From a bacterium (GTDB lineage Bacteria > SAR324 > NAC60-12): a stretch of DNA of 64,000 bases. The notes under the pieces are model-generated. The model did not search any database, had not been told where the DNA came from, and was given only the letters and a program-made list of their open reading frames with translations. The stretch is from assembly GCA_965205865.1 (NCBI GenBank), contig CBDBHR010000030.1:832001-896000 (forward strand). The letters are read 5' to 3'. Shown one piece after another: positions 1 through 10,924 of the stretch; the stretch's first letter is position 1, and every line of letters begins with the position of its first letter. The position numbers and the translations under genes were made by a program.

Positions 1-196
1 GCGATTGCGCAAGGATTGGATCAAGCCGACTTTGAAAAATTTAAACCTGATTTGGAAAGGAGCGGTTTCTTTGGTATCAAAAAATTGGCTCTACAGTTTT
101 TCGGCCAATCTTTTCAAAGAAACCGTCATCACGGAAGTTCTCTTTGAACAAGTGCAGGAACGGATACGCAATTCCGAAAAACCGTTTAGAATTTGA
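1..196 (+). CDS. C-terminal end of an upstream gene (partial; possibly SpoVR-like from prkA context)
   Basis: Open frame from the window edge ending 7 bp before the prkA start; identity inferred from context only. Confidence 0.3.
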   Translation, partial: RLRKDWIKPTLKNLNLIWKGAVSLVSKNWLYSFSANLFKETVITEVLFEQVQERIRNSEKPFRI

Positions 197-203
197 GGTG
201 CTT

Positions 204-2702
204 ATGGGCGCATTCGACTATAAGGCATTGTTGGGTTACCAACGTAAAAAGACACTGAATTTTTCTCAGTTTATCGATGCCTTTCTGACGAATCCTGAAA
301 AATTTCTGCAAACTTCAGCGATCTGTATTTCGGATGCCATCAAGTATTTTGGTTTTGAAATTGTGGTGCGCAGCGGAGAACCGGTGATCAGCTACAATGT
401 CTTCAAAGACCTTTTTTCCAATGGGATTAATGCCGTTTTTGGCCAGGAATTTTGCATCAAGCATGTGATGAACGTGGTGGATTCGGCAGATAAAGAAGCG
501 GGGCCTAATCGAGGCATTGTTTTGGTTGGCCCTCCCGCATCCGGAAAAACAAACATCGTGGACCTCATCTGCCGGGCTTTGGAGGAATACGCGCAGCATG
601 AAACTATCAGACTCTATACCTTTTTCTTTCAGTTTTCCGATGACAAAGGCCGGGTGGTTGAAATTCGCTCTTCCTTTCGACACAGTCCGCTTCTGCTCTT
701 TCCGTTGACGCTGCAAAAAGAAGATGGGACTTTTAGTTGTCCGCGGCGTAACTTGTTTGAACAAATCAACAAAGACCGTCCCGAAAATGAAAAAATCCTC
801 ATTCCCGCCCATTACCAAAATGCGACCCTGGATAAACGCAACCTCGATATCATGGAAGCCCTGGTGCAGAATCCTCGCAATAAAGGCCAATCCCTCTTCG
901 ACATCATTGAAACCTACGTCCAAGTCGAGGAATTTGAATTTTCCAATGCCCAGGCCAAAGGCATTGCCAATATCGACGACCTCAAATCCCTCCCGATTGA
1001 AATCCATCGACTCGAATTGGGAGATGAAGATCTTGCCGTATTGAATGAACATCTTCCTGGTAAGACATTCTATCAATACCAGGGCGCGATGGTGGATTCA
1101 AACCGGGGGATTTTGCATGTTCATGATTCTTTTGGTTACAATGGAGACGTTGTCAGAAATCATGATTACAAACCACTGTTGATGTTGCTTGGAAGCGGCA
1201 AAGCGGCAATAGAATCGACTCAGGCGCCCCTGGATAACAGCGTGATCCTGACCACCAACATTGAAGAAATGGATTTGCTGGAGAGCCAACTCACTTCTTC
1301 CAAACTGCTCGACCGGATTGAAAAGGTCCCCGTCAACTACTTGCTTGACACCAATTCGGAAATGGACATCCTCAAACGGGATATGGCAAACATCCGGGAA
1401 AAATATGATTTTGATCCAAATTTGTTACGCATTGCCGCGCATTATTCGGTGATGACCCGTTTACTTCCACCATTTCAAAAGAAATTGCCACAATCCTGGC
1501 CTGAAGAAAAAAAATCTCTCTATCATCGGATCACTCCCGAACAAAAGCTATTCATATACGCAGTTCAGTCGGAAGACCCGGTAGGTTCCATTCAAAAGTT
1601 GCCGCATTGGCACCCCTTCCGCAATGAGGCCTTGCGCTTGGGTTTGAATTCTTATGACCCGGAGAGCTATACCCGGTTTATTGTCAAGCACTCCAATGCC
1701 GTCAACTTGAGAAAAACGGAATTGTTCACGGAAACTCAATTGAAATTGATTGATGACGAATTCATGCGCGCACTTTGGAATGAACACTACCCCAATGAAG
1801 GCAAACATGGCATTTCCATTCGCCAGTTGCAGAATATTATGCGCAACACCATTGCCAATTCAGACGGACGAAAAATCCATGTGGGAATCTTCTTCAGTCA
1901 ATTAAATCGCGTCATTGCAGAGGGACCCGATTTGCACCATTGGCTTTCCATCGATCCGCAATACAATGACAAAACCCACTATGTGCCGGTACGCGCTATC
2001 GGCACGCTGGCCTTGGCAGAGAAAGAAGGAGACTTTGGCGATTTCAAAGGATTGGTACAAGTGGTGAAGGGACTGTACTATGGGATCATCCGCAATGAAA
2101 TCACGATCTGCACCGTAGACCGGGATCCGGAACGTATCGAAATGGATCTGCGACGCTATCTGCAACATGCTTTGCTGGCGCGAGCAATTCACAATCGAGC
2201 TTTTTCCCACATGATGGTCCCTAAGTTTACCTTCATTGACCCTGCCGCAGGTAAAAAAGTGGACGAGCCTGATCTGAACTACATGGTTTCTATTGAAAAA
2301 ATCCTCTGCTCCGGTTCCAATTATCAATTGTTCCGTCAGGAAATTGCGCAAAAGTTTTTGGACTTGCAGTCCTCCCGAGAATTGGTGCTCGAACCTGGAA
2401 AATCCATCATCACTTCCAAAAAAGACGGGTTGCTCACCGCCTTTGCCAAAGAACATGCCCTGCTGCTTTCGCACCGCAGAGTGGATGGAGACATCAATCC
2501 GGAATTGCTCAAAAACGCGTTTTTCCACAAACGCAATGATCCCGGACAATACGAACACCATTCTCCGGAAATACGAGAATTTGCAGAGGGTATTCTCACC
2601 AAAATGTCCGAACGATTCTTCTATTCCCGGGAAATTGCCTTGGACACCATCGTACTGGCTCTCCGCAAACAGATCCTCAGTTTCGAGCAAATTTTAAGTT
2701 GA
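204..2702 (+). CDS. prkA: PrkA/YeaG-family serine protein kinase (AAA+)
   Basis: Walker A GPPASGKT, NRGILH motif, LLDRIEKVPVNY; GAGGTG RBS before ATG at 204. Confidence 0.8.
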   Translation: MGAFDYKALLGYQRKKTLNFSQFIDAFLTNPEKFLQTSAICISDAIKYFGFEIVVRSGEPVISYNVFKDLFSNGINAVFGQEFCIKHVMNVVDSADKEAGPNRGIVLVGPPASGKTNIVDLICRALEEYAQHETIRLYTFFFQFSDDKGRVVEIRSSFRHSPLLLFPLTLQKEDGTFSCPRRNLFEQINKDRPENEKILIPAHYQNATLDKRNLDIMEALVQNPRNKGQSLFDIIETYVQVEEFEFSNAQAKGIANIDDLKSLPIEIHRLELGDEDLAVLNEHLPGKTFYQYQGAMVDSNRGILHVHDSFGYNGDVVRNHDYKPLLMLLGSGKAAIESTQAPLDNSVILTTNIEEMDLLESQLTSSKLLDRIEKVPVNYLLDTNSEMDILKRDMANIREKYDFDPNLLRIAAHYSVMTRLLPPFQKKLPQSWPEEKKSLYHRITPEQKLFIYAVQSEDPVGSIQKLPHWHPFRNEALRLGLNSYDPESYTRFIVKHSNAVNLRKTELFTETQLKLIDDEFMRALWNEHYPNEGKHGISIRQLQNIMRNTIANSDGRKIHVGIFFSQLNRVIAEGPDLHHWLSIDPQYNDKTHYVPVRAIGTLALAEKEGDFGDFKGLVQVVKGLYYGIIRNEITICTVDRDPERIEMDLRRYLQHALLARAIHNRAFSHMMVPKFTFIDPAAGKKVDEPDLNYMVSIEKILCSGSNYQLFRQEIAQKFLDLQSSRELVLEPGKSIITSKKDGLLTAFAKEHALLLSHRRVDGDINPELLKNAFFHKRNDPGQYEHHSPEIREFAEGILTKMSERFFYSREIALDTIVLALRKQILSFEQILS

Positions 2703-2752
2703 TGTTCCGGAAAAGGTCGGGCTCTTGATTGCAAAAAAGAGACAAAGTGGGA

Positions 2753-3130
2753 TCAATTCAAATCCACTGCGTATTCTTGCAATAATTCAAGAGGAACGAT
2801 ATCCAATGCCTTTTTATGCGTTCGCGTCAGGTAAATCCTGGGGGCCATGCCCTGCTGACAGGCATCCAACCAACGTGCTGCGCACAAGCACCATTGGTCA
2901 CCCGGACGCAATCCTGCAAAGCCTAATTCAGGCCGGGGAGTGGAAAGATCGTTTCCTCGAAAACGAGAGAATTCGAGAAATTCCTGAGTGACTTGCGTAC
3001 AAACCGTGTGCGATCCCAAATCTTGCTCGCTGGTGTTGCAACAACCATCCCGGAAGAATCCCGTCATGGGATTTTCACTGCAAGTTTCCAGCAACTCTCC
3101 AAATACGTTGAGTGATTCTTCTTTATCCAT
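2753..3130 (-). CDS. DUF2237 family protein
   Basis: PMTGFFRDGCC, GNDLSTPRPE, GDQWCLCAARW motifs. Confidence 0.9.
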   Translation of the reverse strand: MDKEESLNVFGELLETCSENPMTGFFRDGCCNTSEQDLGSHTVCTQVTQEFLEFSRFRGNDLSTPRPELGFAGLRPGDQWCLCAARWLDACQQGMAPRIYLTRTHKKALDIVPLELLQEYAVDLN

Positions 3131-3299
3131 TTACGTTTCTCATTTTTCTGCTGTTGTTACTTTATTGATTATTCAAGGAAAGGAAATCCTTTTTCTCATA
3201 GATCATTGTAAGCTTCCATTCAAAACAGGATCTTAGTCCTTAGTAATATTGGTATCGCCATCGCCATTAGTTATGCAGCCCAAAAGATCGTAGGGAATT

Positions 3300-3700
3300 A
3301 ACCATTTTGAAAACAAACAACATCGCTGGCTTCACTCAGCCTCGAGCAAGCAGATGACTTTTTATTTTATCCATGACAAACGCGGCAAAGCGGGAAAAGC
3401 CAACTCGATCGCTTCCGGCAACGCTACCACGACATCAGCCAAAAAGCACTCGAGCTCTATCCTGCAAAACCTCAAAAAAAGAAACGAGGACGCCCCAAAC
3501 AGACGAAAGCAAAAAATTTACTCGATCGTTTGATCCTCTATGAAAAGGAAAGCTTGTTATTCATGCATGACCTTCAAGTTCCTTTTGACAACAACCAAGC
3601 AGAGAGAGATATCCGCATGGTCAAATTGAAACAGAAAATCTCAGGTGGCTTGCGAACTGCTGAAGGAACGCAGGCTTTTTGTATCCGAGCCCATTTCCAC
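3300..3700 (+). pseudogene. Degenerate IS66-family transposase fragment
   Basis: Translates to VPFDNNQAERDIRMVKLKQKISG at ~3578-3646; frames broken. Confidence 0.75.
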
Positions 3701-3864
3701 TAGCAGAAAACAGGGGAAATCCATGCTCGAGTTGCTCACTCAGGCTTTGCATCCCCCGGATCAAGTCCGGGACAGGCTTCACATGCTCCTCTTTGTTACT
3801 GAAACTCTCCTTTTTTTAAACGTTTCGCCCCCTGCGTGGCCAAAAGTATTCATAGCAAACATAG

Positions 3865-4010
3865 CATCGTCAATGCGATTTTGTATGTCCTGAAAACGGG
3901 TTGTCAGTGAAGCATGCTTGCCCATGATTTACCTCCCTGGCAAAGCGTTTACGATCATTATCACCGTTGGAAAAAACGCTGGATTGTGGAGCGAACATCC
4001 GCTTTTTGGC
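3865..4010 (+). pseudogene. IS5-family transposase remnant with internal deletion
   Basis: IVNAILYVLKTGCQ*..LPPWQSVY joined directly to the C-terminal KRWIVERT motif. Confidence 0.7.
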
Positions 4011-4185
4011 TCATGCCGAAGATGGACCGCTAAATATTTTTTTATAGCTGATCTCCTTTTTTGCGTAATTCTCCTGATCCAAACTTGCTATAGGCTTTGC
4101 GCCGCATAGTAGTGCTGAAATCATGCCTTGTTGTTTCAGGGAAGGAGAGGATTTCCGCTCGTTTGATTCAAAATTAGCTGTGGGA

Positions 4186-4508
4186 GGGTTCCCGCTTGAT
4201 CGATTGAACAATACCCTGGGAGGATGTGAAAACGATGGATCCTCCCCGGGAATCTTTTTTAAACGTTATTGAACTGAACGGCTTCTGACTGTCCCCGGAT
4301 TTGAGCAGATTTATTGATTTTTTTTGCGAATCCCGCATTTATTTTATATCAGGGGCTTGACATTGCGTTTTTGTTTGCTAAAATCAGGCCCTCACTAATT
4401 TGTTTTAGTGAAAAAAAGGGTTCCCGATCGATTGAACAATATCGTGAGAGGAATTGAAAACGATCGATCCTCCCCGGGAATCTTTTTTAATGATATTGAA
4501 CTAAACGG
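4186..4508 (+). repeat. Imperfect ~90-bp direct repeat (4186-4281 and 4418-4508) flanking a promoter
   Basis: Both copies contain GATCGATTGAACAATA...GAAAACGAT...GATCCTCCCCGGGAATCTTTTTTAA...TATTGAACT. Confidence 0.85.
4357..4384 (+). promoter_or_regulatory. Sigma70-type promoter upstream of the first SBP
   Basis: TTGACA-N16-TAAAAT with extended -10 TG. Confidence 0.6.
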
Positions 4509-4694
4509 GTTTTTCAGAGACCTGAATAGTTACCCCTCAGTAAAGAAAGGACCCTATGTGTCTTAAGAAATTTCTGGCCCGCTTCGTTGGGCTGACCGTG
4601 GCAAACGTCGTGTCTGCTGCGAAAATTCGATTCGCCCAAGGGTGGGTGAATCGTTCTCAAAACCCTCAATTTAGAGAGGTTCTTATGTTTTATT

Positions 4695-6575
4695 ATGAAA
4701 AAACTTGTTGCCTCCATCGCGAGGCTGAACCCGGCAGGCGCCGTGTCTGCTGCAAAAACGCAACCCTTGTTGCTCACCCTCACCCTGATGGTGGCTGCCT
4801 TCGGGGTCAGTCCGGCCGTGGCGGCTGAGAAAGAGACTGTGTTCGACCCCGCCACCGGCAGGACTTGGACTGCGCCACAGTATGGCGGGACACTCACGTG
4901 GGCCGCCAGACACCATCCTCCGGTTATTGACCCCTGGTTTAGTGCTGGCTGGGCGCCACACTTCATCGGTGGTGTTAATGAGGGGCTTGCCTTCGCCGAC
5001 TGGGCAATATCCAGGGATATATGGATCGGCGGAAACCACCGGGTTTGGACCCCCGAGATGCACAGAGGGGCTCTGGCTGAAAGCTGGTCAATGCCCGACA
5101 ACACAACGTTCATCTGGAACATCCGCCAGGGCGTTCACTGGGACGATAAGGCGCCGGTGAACGGCCGAGAGTTGGATGCCTATGACGTCGAATGGAACTA
5201 TCACCGCTATTTGGGTCTGGGCGATTTCGCCGAAGCCGGACCCAGCCCGCAGGCAGGTAGTTTCATAAGTCTATCGGCTTCGCAAGTCGAGCACCTTGTC
5301 GAGTCGATAACGGCCACCGACAAATGGACGGTTGTTGTTAAGCTGAAGAAGCCTATACTCGATCCGTTTTCGAAATTTCTCGGCAACGATTTTTTCGTGC
5401 TCGCTCGCGAAGTAATCGAGCAATACGGCGACGCTAAGGACTGGAGGAACGTGGTCGGCACCGGGCCCTTGAGAATGACTGGCTGGGTCGAGGGCAGTTC
5501 TGCAAGCTGGGAGAAGAATCCCAACTACTGGGGTGTTGACGAAAAATTCGGGAACCGCATACCCTATATTGACAAGTACATATCCCTGCTGATGCCAGAC
5601 ATATCAACACGTCTGGCGTCACTGCGCACGGGTAAGATTGATATGTTGAGTCATCTCGGCGACGCTTATATACACTCTATCGACAATATAGAGAGCCTCA
5701 AGAAGACCAACCCTGAATTGGAGTTCTGGCCCTTTTTTGGCACGGCAGCGGGCGCTTTCCTTTTTAACCAGTCTATGCCGCTCACGCAGGACGTCAATGT
5801 GCGCAAGGCATTTCAGATGGCAGTGGACCGCGAGACAATGGCCACTGCCTACTTTAAAGGGTATGCGGATCCAGCGCCTTATGGGATGGTTGGGCAATTC
5901 AATGAGGCAGGGTGGTACTGGCCATATGAAGAGTGGCCCGAAGAGCTCAAGCAAGAATATAACTATAACCCGGAAAGGGCCGAGGAGTTGCTTGATGCGG
6001 CTGGCTATCCGCGCGGCGCCGACGGCTATAGATTCAAGATCAAGATAAACGTGTTCGACAGGTTCGAGCCGACCCATGGAGAAGTCCTCATGGGGTACTT
6101 CGACGCCATTGGCATTGAAACCACCGATCTTGATATTCTGACTCCAGCTGAGATGGGTCCTCTTGTCGGTAACCCGGACACGCACGAGTGGGCGTTATCT
6201 GCTGGGTATTATGGGTACTACGCCAGCAGCGGCTTGTTTTTTTGGCTCTGGGGTCTTTATAATCAAGCCCCGCCCGGAGTCGCGAATCATTGGGGGAGCA
6301 CCGCCAATGCGAAGGACTCGCGTATGGACGCCCTGTATGTTGCCGCCCGAGATACTACCGACATGGAGGAGTTTAAGAGTCTTTGGAGACAGGCCGATGA
6401 GATCATGGTAAAGGAGCACTGGGGCCTGGTTAAATCCCGCTCTCCTATGTTTTACGTGAGCCAGCCGTGGGTCCAGGGTTTTTTCGGTGAATCAATGATG
6501 GGAAAGGGTGAACGTAATACCCACCTGTCCCGCATCTGGATTGATAGTGAGATGAAGAAAGAAATGGGGCATTAG
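4695..6575 (+). CDS. ABC transporter substrate-binding protein, family 5 (Opp/Dpp-like)
   Basis: Signal peptide ending AVA; LAESW, VHW, GTGP, NPNYW motifs. Confidence 0.92.
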   Translation: MKKLVASIARLNPAGAVSAAKTQPLLLTLTLMVAAFGVSPAVAAEKETVFDPATGRTWTAPQYGGTLTWAARHHPPVIDPWFSAGWAPHFIGGVNEGLAFADWAISRDIWIGGNHRVWTPEMHRGALAESWSMPDNTTFIWNIRQGVHWDDKAPVNGRELDAYDVEWNYHRYLGLGDFAEAGPSPQAGSFISLSASQVEHLVESITATDKWTVVVKLKKPILDPFSKFLGNDFFVLAREVIEQYGDAKDWRNVVGTGPLRMTGWVEGSSASWEKNPNYWGVDEKFGNRIPYIDKYISLLMPDISTRLASLRTGKIDMLSHLGDAYIHSIDNIESLKKTNPELEFWPFFGTAAGAFLFNQSMPLTQDVNVRKAFQMAVDRETMATAYFKGYADPAPYGMVGQFNEAGWYWPYEEWPEELKQEYNYNPERAEELLDAAGYPRGADGYRFKIKINVFDRFEPTHGEVLMGYFDAIGIETTDLDILTPAEMGPLVGNPDTHEWALSAGYYGYYASSGLFFWLWGLYNQAPPGVANHWGSTANAKDSRMDALYVAARDTTDMEEFKSLWRQADEIMVKEHWGLVKSRSPMFYVSQPWVQGFFGESMMGKGERNTHLSRIWIDSEMKKEMGH

Positions 6576-6608
6576 GGGTTTCAGCCGTTGTGGCTGACCT
6601 TAGGAATA

Positions 6609-6640
6609 GGGAGCTGGGAGGCTCAAGCTTCCCAGCTCCC
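6609..6640 (+). terminator. GC-rich hairpin after the SBP (related copies at 39392-39423 and 59864-59895)
   Basis: GGGAGCTGGGAG...CTTCCCAGCTCCC; no strong U-tract, so it may be an mRNA stability or processing hairpin. Confidence 0.5.
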
Positions 6641-6732
6641 TTACTCATTGAACCACGCCCCGATTAAATCGGGGCTCGCAATGACAAAAGAGGGGTGGCA
6701 ATGACGCGGGAAATCGCAATGAGGAGTATCCC

Positions 6733-7725
6733 ATGAGAGCGTATTTTATCAGACGGTTATTGCTGATAATCCCCACCCTGTTCATATTGACCATCATAGT
6801 CTTTCTCGCGGTGCGCTTCATCCCCGGCGATGCAATAGACGTCATGCTGTCTAGCATGGAAAGCTCTGAACTGGCTCAACGTGAGATTGTTGAGCGTATG
6901 CTGGGATTAGACGTGCCCGTCTACGTGCAGTATGGACGCTGGATAGGAGTGTTGCCGACTCCTGGCTGGCCTACCGGTGAGCCCCAGTTAAAAGGGCTCC
7001 TCCAGGGCACCTTCGGCGACTCACTGCGGGGTTGGTCGATAGAGGAGAGGATAATAGGTAGATTGCCAGTAACCATTGAGCTTGGTGCCATGGCAATCGT
7101 AATCGGGTTCGTCATCGCCCTGCCGGTCGGCATCTACTCGGCGATTCGCCAGAATACGGCCACCGACTATGCAGGGCGCACCGTCGCCGTCATCGGCTTG
7201 GCCACGCCGAACTTCTGGCTGGCAATCATGGTCATGCTCTACCCGGCAATCTGGTGGGGCTGGTCGCCATCGGTGCAGCTGATTCTTTTCAAGGAAGACC
7301 CGCTGGGAAATCTTGGCATGTTCCTCATTCCGGCCGTGATTCTGGGGACAGCCATGTCTGCCGCCACCATGCGGATGACGCGCACCATGATGCTGGAGGT
7401 GCTCCGGCAGGACTACATCAGGACGGCCTGGTCGAAAGGTCTCAAGGAGAGGGTCGTCGTTCTGAGACACACCGTCAAGAATGCGCTCATCCCGGTAGTG
7501 ACGCTCGTCGGTCTACAGTTCCCCCTCCTGATCGGGGGCTCCGTTATCTTGGAGCAGATATTCGTTCTGCCAGGGATAGGTCGTATGTTCGTGGAAGCCC
7601 TCGATCATAGAGACTATCCGGTAGTCTCCGCAATAAACTTGGTTTTTGCTACTGCGGTTTTGGTGATCAATCTCATCATCGACCTGTTATATGCTTTTCT
7701 GGACCCCAGGGTTCGGTATGAATAA
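6733..7725 (+). CDS. ABC transporter permease DppB/OppB-like
   Basis: [31 protein letters not shown]. Confidence 0.93.
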   Translation: MRAYFIRRLLLIIPTLFILTIIVFLAVRFIPGDAIDVMLSSMESSELAQREIVERMLGLDVPVYVQYGRWIGVLPTPGWPTGEPQLKGLLQGTFGDSLRGWSIEERIIGRLPVTIELGAMAIVIGFVIALPVGIYSAIRQNTATDYAGRTVAVIGLATPNFWLAIMVMLYPAIWWGWSPSVQLILFKEDPLGNLGMFLIPAVILGTAMSAATMRMTRTMMLEVLRQDYIRTAWSKGLKERVVVLRHTVKNALIPVVTLVGLQFPLLIGGSVILEQIFVLPGIGRMFVEALDHRDYPVVSAINLVFATAVLVINLIIDLLYAFLDPRVRYE

Positions 7726-7788
7726 AGGGGGTTAGGCTGAAGACTGAAGACTGTTAGGGCATCAGTCTAAACTTCAATCCTCAGCCTA

Positions 7789-7920
7789 CTAGTACAGGTG
7801 TTACGAAGTAATTAACCCTTTTTGTGTCATCCCGGACTTGATCCGGGATCTGGGAAAAGTCGGTAAGCCCCCTGGAACGCCAGCCCGGTGGATTCCTGGG
7901 CAAGCCAGGAATGGCAATAA
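7789..7920. repeat. REP-like palindromic element between dppB and dppC
   Basis: GTCATCCCGGACTTGATCCGGGATC and GGATTCCTGGGCAAGCCAGGAAT hairpins. Confidence 0.65.
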
Positions 7921-8029
7921 CGAGAATTGAGTTCTAAATTTAAGAGAATTGTGTGAGATTCGTCGGTCAACCAGTCTAAATACCTAATCTTCGGTCTTCA
8001 GCCTTCAGCCTAAAATAAATACCTAAATC

Positions 8030-8998
8030 ATGAACAACACCCAAGAAACACCCTCCCCCACCCGTAAGCCAAAGAGAGGTTCCCGGCTGGCGGATTTCCT
8101 GATCAGGCTGCTCAAGGAGCAGCCCCTGGGTACGGCCTGCGGGATGATCGTCTTGCTCTTGATTCTGGTGGCGATCTTTGCCGATGTGCTGGCGCCTTAT
8201 CCCTATAAGGAAATGCACCTGATAGACAGGCTTCAGGGCCCATCATCCCAGTATCTTCTGGGGACCGACCAGGCGGGACGAGACTTGCTCAGCCGCCTGA
8301 TCATCGGGGCGCGTATCTCCGTGCTTGTCGGTCTGGCGGCGACCGTGCTCAATGTGGTCATCGCTGTCCTGATCGGCGGCATTTCAGGATTCATCGGGGG
8401 TAAATTGGACCTGTCGGTGCAGCGCTTTGTCGATGCCTGGATGGCCTTCCCGGGACTGCTGCTCCTGCTGACCATCATGTCCATTGTGGGAAAGGGTCTC
8501 TTCCAGATCATCGTGGTGCTGGGGGTTGCCGGAGGCATCAGCGGCTCGAGAGTCATCAGAAGCGCCGTGATCGCTATCAAAGAGAATGACTATTTTCTGG
8601 CAGCCCAGGCCGTGGGCACCCCCACGAGCCGAATCCTCAACCACCACGTGCTACCCAATATTATGGCACCCGTCATTATTATCTTCTCCATTAACATCGG
8701 GGGGGTGATTATGTCTTTGGCTTCTCTGGGCTTCCTCGGATACGGTCTGCCACCCACCATTCCTGACTGGGGCGGCATGCTCAGCCGGGAAGGGCGCAAG
8801 TTCATGGAGCAGGCCCCCTGGCTGGCTCTCTGGCCCGGTCTTTGCCTGACGCTTGTCGTCTACTCCTTCAACATGTTCGGAGATGCCCTCAGGGACCTGC
8901 TCGACCCGCGGCTGCGGGGCGGTCAGGGCAGTTATGGCGCCGCGATGGTGAAACGGAAACGAGGTCTCCTGGCCAGATTGATGAACCCCTTCTCTTAG
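8030..8998 (+). CDS. ABC transporter permease DppC/OppC-like
   Basis: LLGTDQAGRD, HVLPN, WGGML, GDALRDLLDPR. Confidence 0.93.
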   Translation: MNNTQETPSPTRKPKRGSRLADFLIRLLKEQPLGTACGMIVLLLILVAIFADVLAPYPYKEMHLIDRLQGPSSQYLLGTDQAGRDLLSRLIIGARISVLVGLAATVLNVVIAVLIGGISGFIGGKLDLSVQRFVDAWMAFPGLLLLLTIMSIVGKGLFQIIVVLGVAGGISGSRVIRSAVIAIKENDYFLAAQAVGTPTSRILNHHVLPNIMAPVIIIFSINIGGVIMSLASLGFLGYGLPPTIPDWGGMLSREGRKFMEQAPWLALWPGLCLTLVVYSFNMFGDALRDLLDPRLRGGQGSYGAAMVKRKRGLLARLMNPFS

Positions 8999-9105
8999 CA
9001 GAGACGGTCTCATAGGAGCACAGAATGAATTTTGGTATTGACAATGTAGGGGCAAGTATATTTACACGGATCATCGCACCAATTCCGGAGCGACCGAGTC
9101 AGTTC

Positions 9106-9212
9106 ATGATGACCAATCTCGGCTCCTGCTTCCTCGGCCTCAAGTACGCGGCGCCGATCATGAAGAAACAGGGCAGCGGCAGCAGCATCAACAACGGCAG
9201 CACCGCCGGAAT
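9106..9212 (+). pseudogene. Short internal SDR oxidoreductase fragment
   Basis: NLGSCFLGLKYAAPIMKKQGSGSSINNGSTAG; no intact termini. Confidence 0.65.
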
Positions 9213-9370
9213 TACGCTAGGCAGGAGCGCGAAATTGCAGGCGGAAAGAGGCGCCTTGATGCAAGAGGCGATCTCTGGGAGCTGGCAGTACAGTTGTTGA
9301 GTCCGTTGATATGTTAATTGTGGCGAGGTCATTCGCTTTTTGCTACTAAATCCGGATTGCCGAAAGAACA

Positions 9371-9732
9371 TAAGGGTTTAGGAAAGAATAAGTGTTACAA
9401 ACATCGCACAGGATTTTGTGATGGATTCAAGGCGTCTTAAGGCGGACGGCTAGTACACTGCGGCGAAAATATGTTTACAGTTATTCACATTCGACAATCT
9501 ATGCGGATGTCATTCCTGGCTTGACCAGGAATCCAGGGGGCTTACCCAAGAACTCCTGGATCCCGGATCATCCCGGACTTGATCCGGGACCGGGATGACA
9601 CTGAAGCTGTAAACGAACTTTCGCCGCAAAGTACCAGTCTTTGCATACTTTATGTATGTGAGCTTTAAGACAACGTAGAAGACAGTGCAAAAGACAAGCG
9701 AGGTCTAACAGTTATTTTTTTCTAATCCCTAA
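9371..9732. mobile_element. MITE-like element with nested REP element
   Basis: Outer imperfect inverted ends AGGGTTTAGGAAAGAATAA / TTATTTTTTTCTAATCCCT; inner TGCGGCGAAA..GTTTACAG / CTGTAAAC..TTTCGCCGCA enclosing GTCATTCC-type hairpins. Confidence 0.55.
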
Positions 9733-9748
9733 CCTGAGGAGGTGAGTA

Positions 9749-10186
9749 ATGTTTAAGAAACTTGATCATATAGGCATTGGAACTGCTGATTTCGAGAGAT
9801 TCATCGAATTCTATACAGAAATCCTGGGCTTCAAAGTTCGAGAGAGATGGAAAGTCGAAGCGGGCACGGGCTCGGCGCAGCTGGATGAGCTTGCCAATCT
9901 CGTCCTCGAAGATGGCGCAGTGATAGAACTGTTTGGGTTCAACGCAGAGGGACCCGATCCCGAATACAACGGGCCACCATTCGAAGCGGGCTTTCGATTA
10001 ATGGCCATCGAGGTGGAGGATATGCAAGAGGCTGAGGAATATCTCACCAGCAAGGGAATCGAAGTCCACCAAGCCCACAAGCTTAATCCAGCCAGATGGA
10101 TCAGGGACCCCGACGGCAATATGCTGGTCCTGTTTCCCTCGTCCGTGTATGAGAATTACAAGAAAATTGACCAAGAATCGAAGTAG
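9749..10186 (+). CDS. VOC/glyoxalase family protein
   Basis: LDHIGI..D.E..IEFY.EILG, RDPDGN; GAGGAGG RBS. Confidence 0.88.
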   Translation: MFKKLDHIGIGTADFERFIEFYTEILGFKVRERWKVEAGTGSAQLDELANLVLEDGAVIELFGFNAEGPDPEYNGPPFEAGFRLMAIEVEDMQEAEEYLTSKGIEVHQAHKLNPARWIRDPDGNMLVLFPSSVYENYKKIDQESK

Positions 10187-10219
10187 GGTTCAACCCGGGG
10201 GCAAAGAAAAGGAGGGAGT

Positions 10220-10768
10220 ATGGAACGGCAGGACCGCTTACAGGAAGCCTGTGAATTGATCCGCAAGCTCTTCACTGCCGAGGGCCCTGTCGATTATAAC
10301 GGCCAGTATTACAAGCTGGACCAAGCCCCACTCTCCCCAGGATCTTACCAAAAACCGCACATTCCCATTCTCGTGGGAGGCACGGGAGAACGCCGCACCT
10401 TACGGACTCTAGCGATGCATGGCGATATTTTCAATCTCGATGGTTGGGCCGGTCAGGGCATGACTTTCGAAGTGTATCAACACAAAATCGGGGTGCTGGA
10501 GCGACATTGCGAAAACGTGGGACGTGATCCTAAAGAGATCAAACACACCCTCCTGATCCCTTTGCATGTCACCGAAGACAAGGCCTCTCAGGAAGCCTTC
10601 CACAAAATGCTGGGGGCCGGGTCGATGACAGGGCCTCTCAATGAAATCATTGATCGCATCGGCAAATTCGTAGAGGCGGGAGTCGACGAGATCATGTTCG
10701 GCAATATTCCAACTGGTGATGTCGAAGCCTATCAGCGTGTGGAAGAAGAAATTGTTGCGGCCTTTTGA
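10220..10768 (+). pseudogene. LLM-class flavin-dependent oxidoreductase, N-terminally truncated
   Basis: PHIPILVGGTGERRTLR; only the C-terminal half is present. Confidence 0.7.
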
Positions 10769-10787
10769 AGGAAGAGGAGTACGCACG

Positions 10788-10890
10788 ATGAACATTCGCG
10801 TCTCACCAGAGGAACTTTGCGCCGATCGAATGTCGGCAACCCACGTTGAAAGAGCGGTCGAGGCGATAGATACCGACGGCTATGTGGAGG
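10788..10890 (+). pseudogene. Possible phytanoyl-CoA dioxygenase N-terminal stub
   Basis: RBS plus MNIRVS...AVEAIDTDGYV, then an abrupt switch into the 3' end of the opposite-strand gene. Confidence 0.4.
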
Positions 10891-10924
10891 ATTACGGGTT
10901 GGGAGAAGGGTGGTCTGAAGGAGA

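Noticed and set aside
7735-8012. Heptamer-like runs (CTGAAGA, ACCTAA; also 17755-17780, 37455-37540)
   Set aside because: Short degenerate intergenic repeats with no evidence of function.
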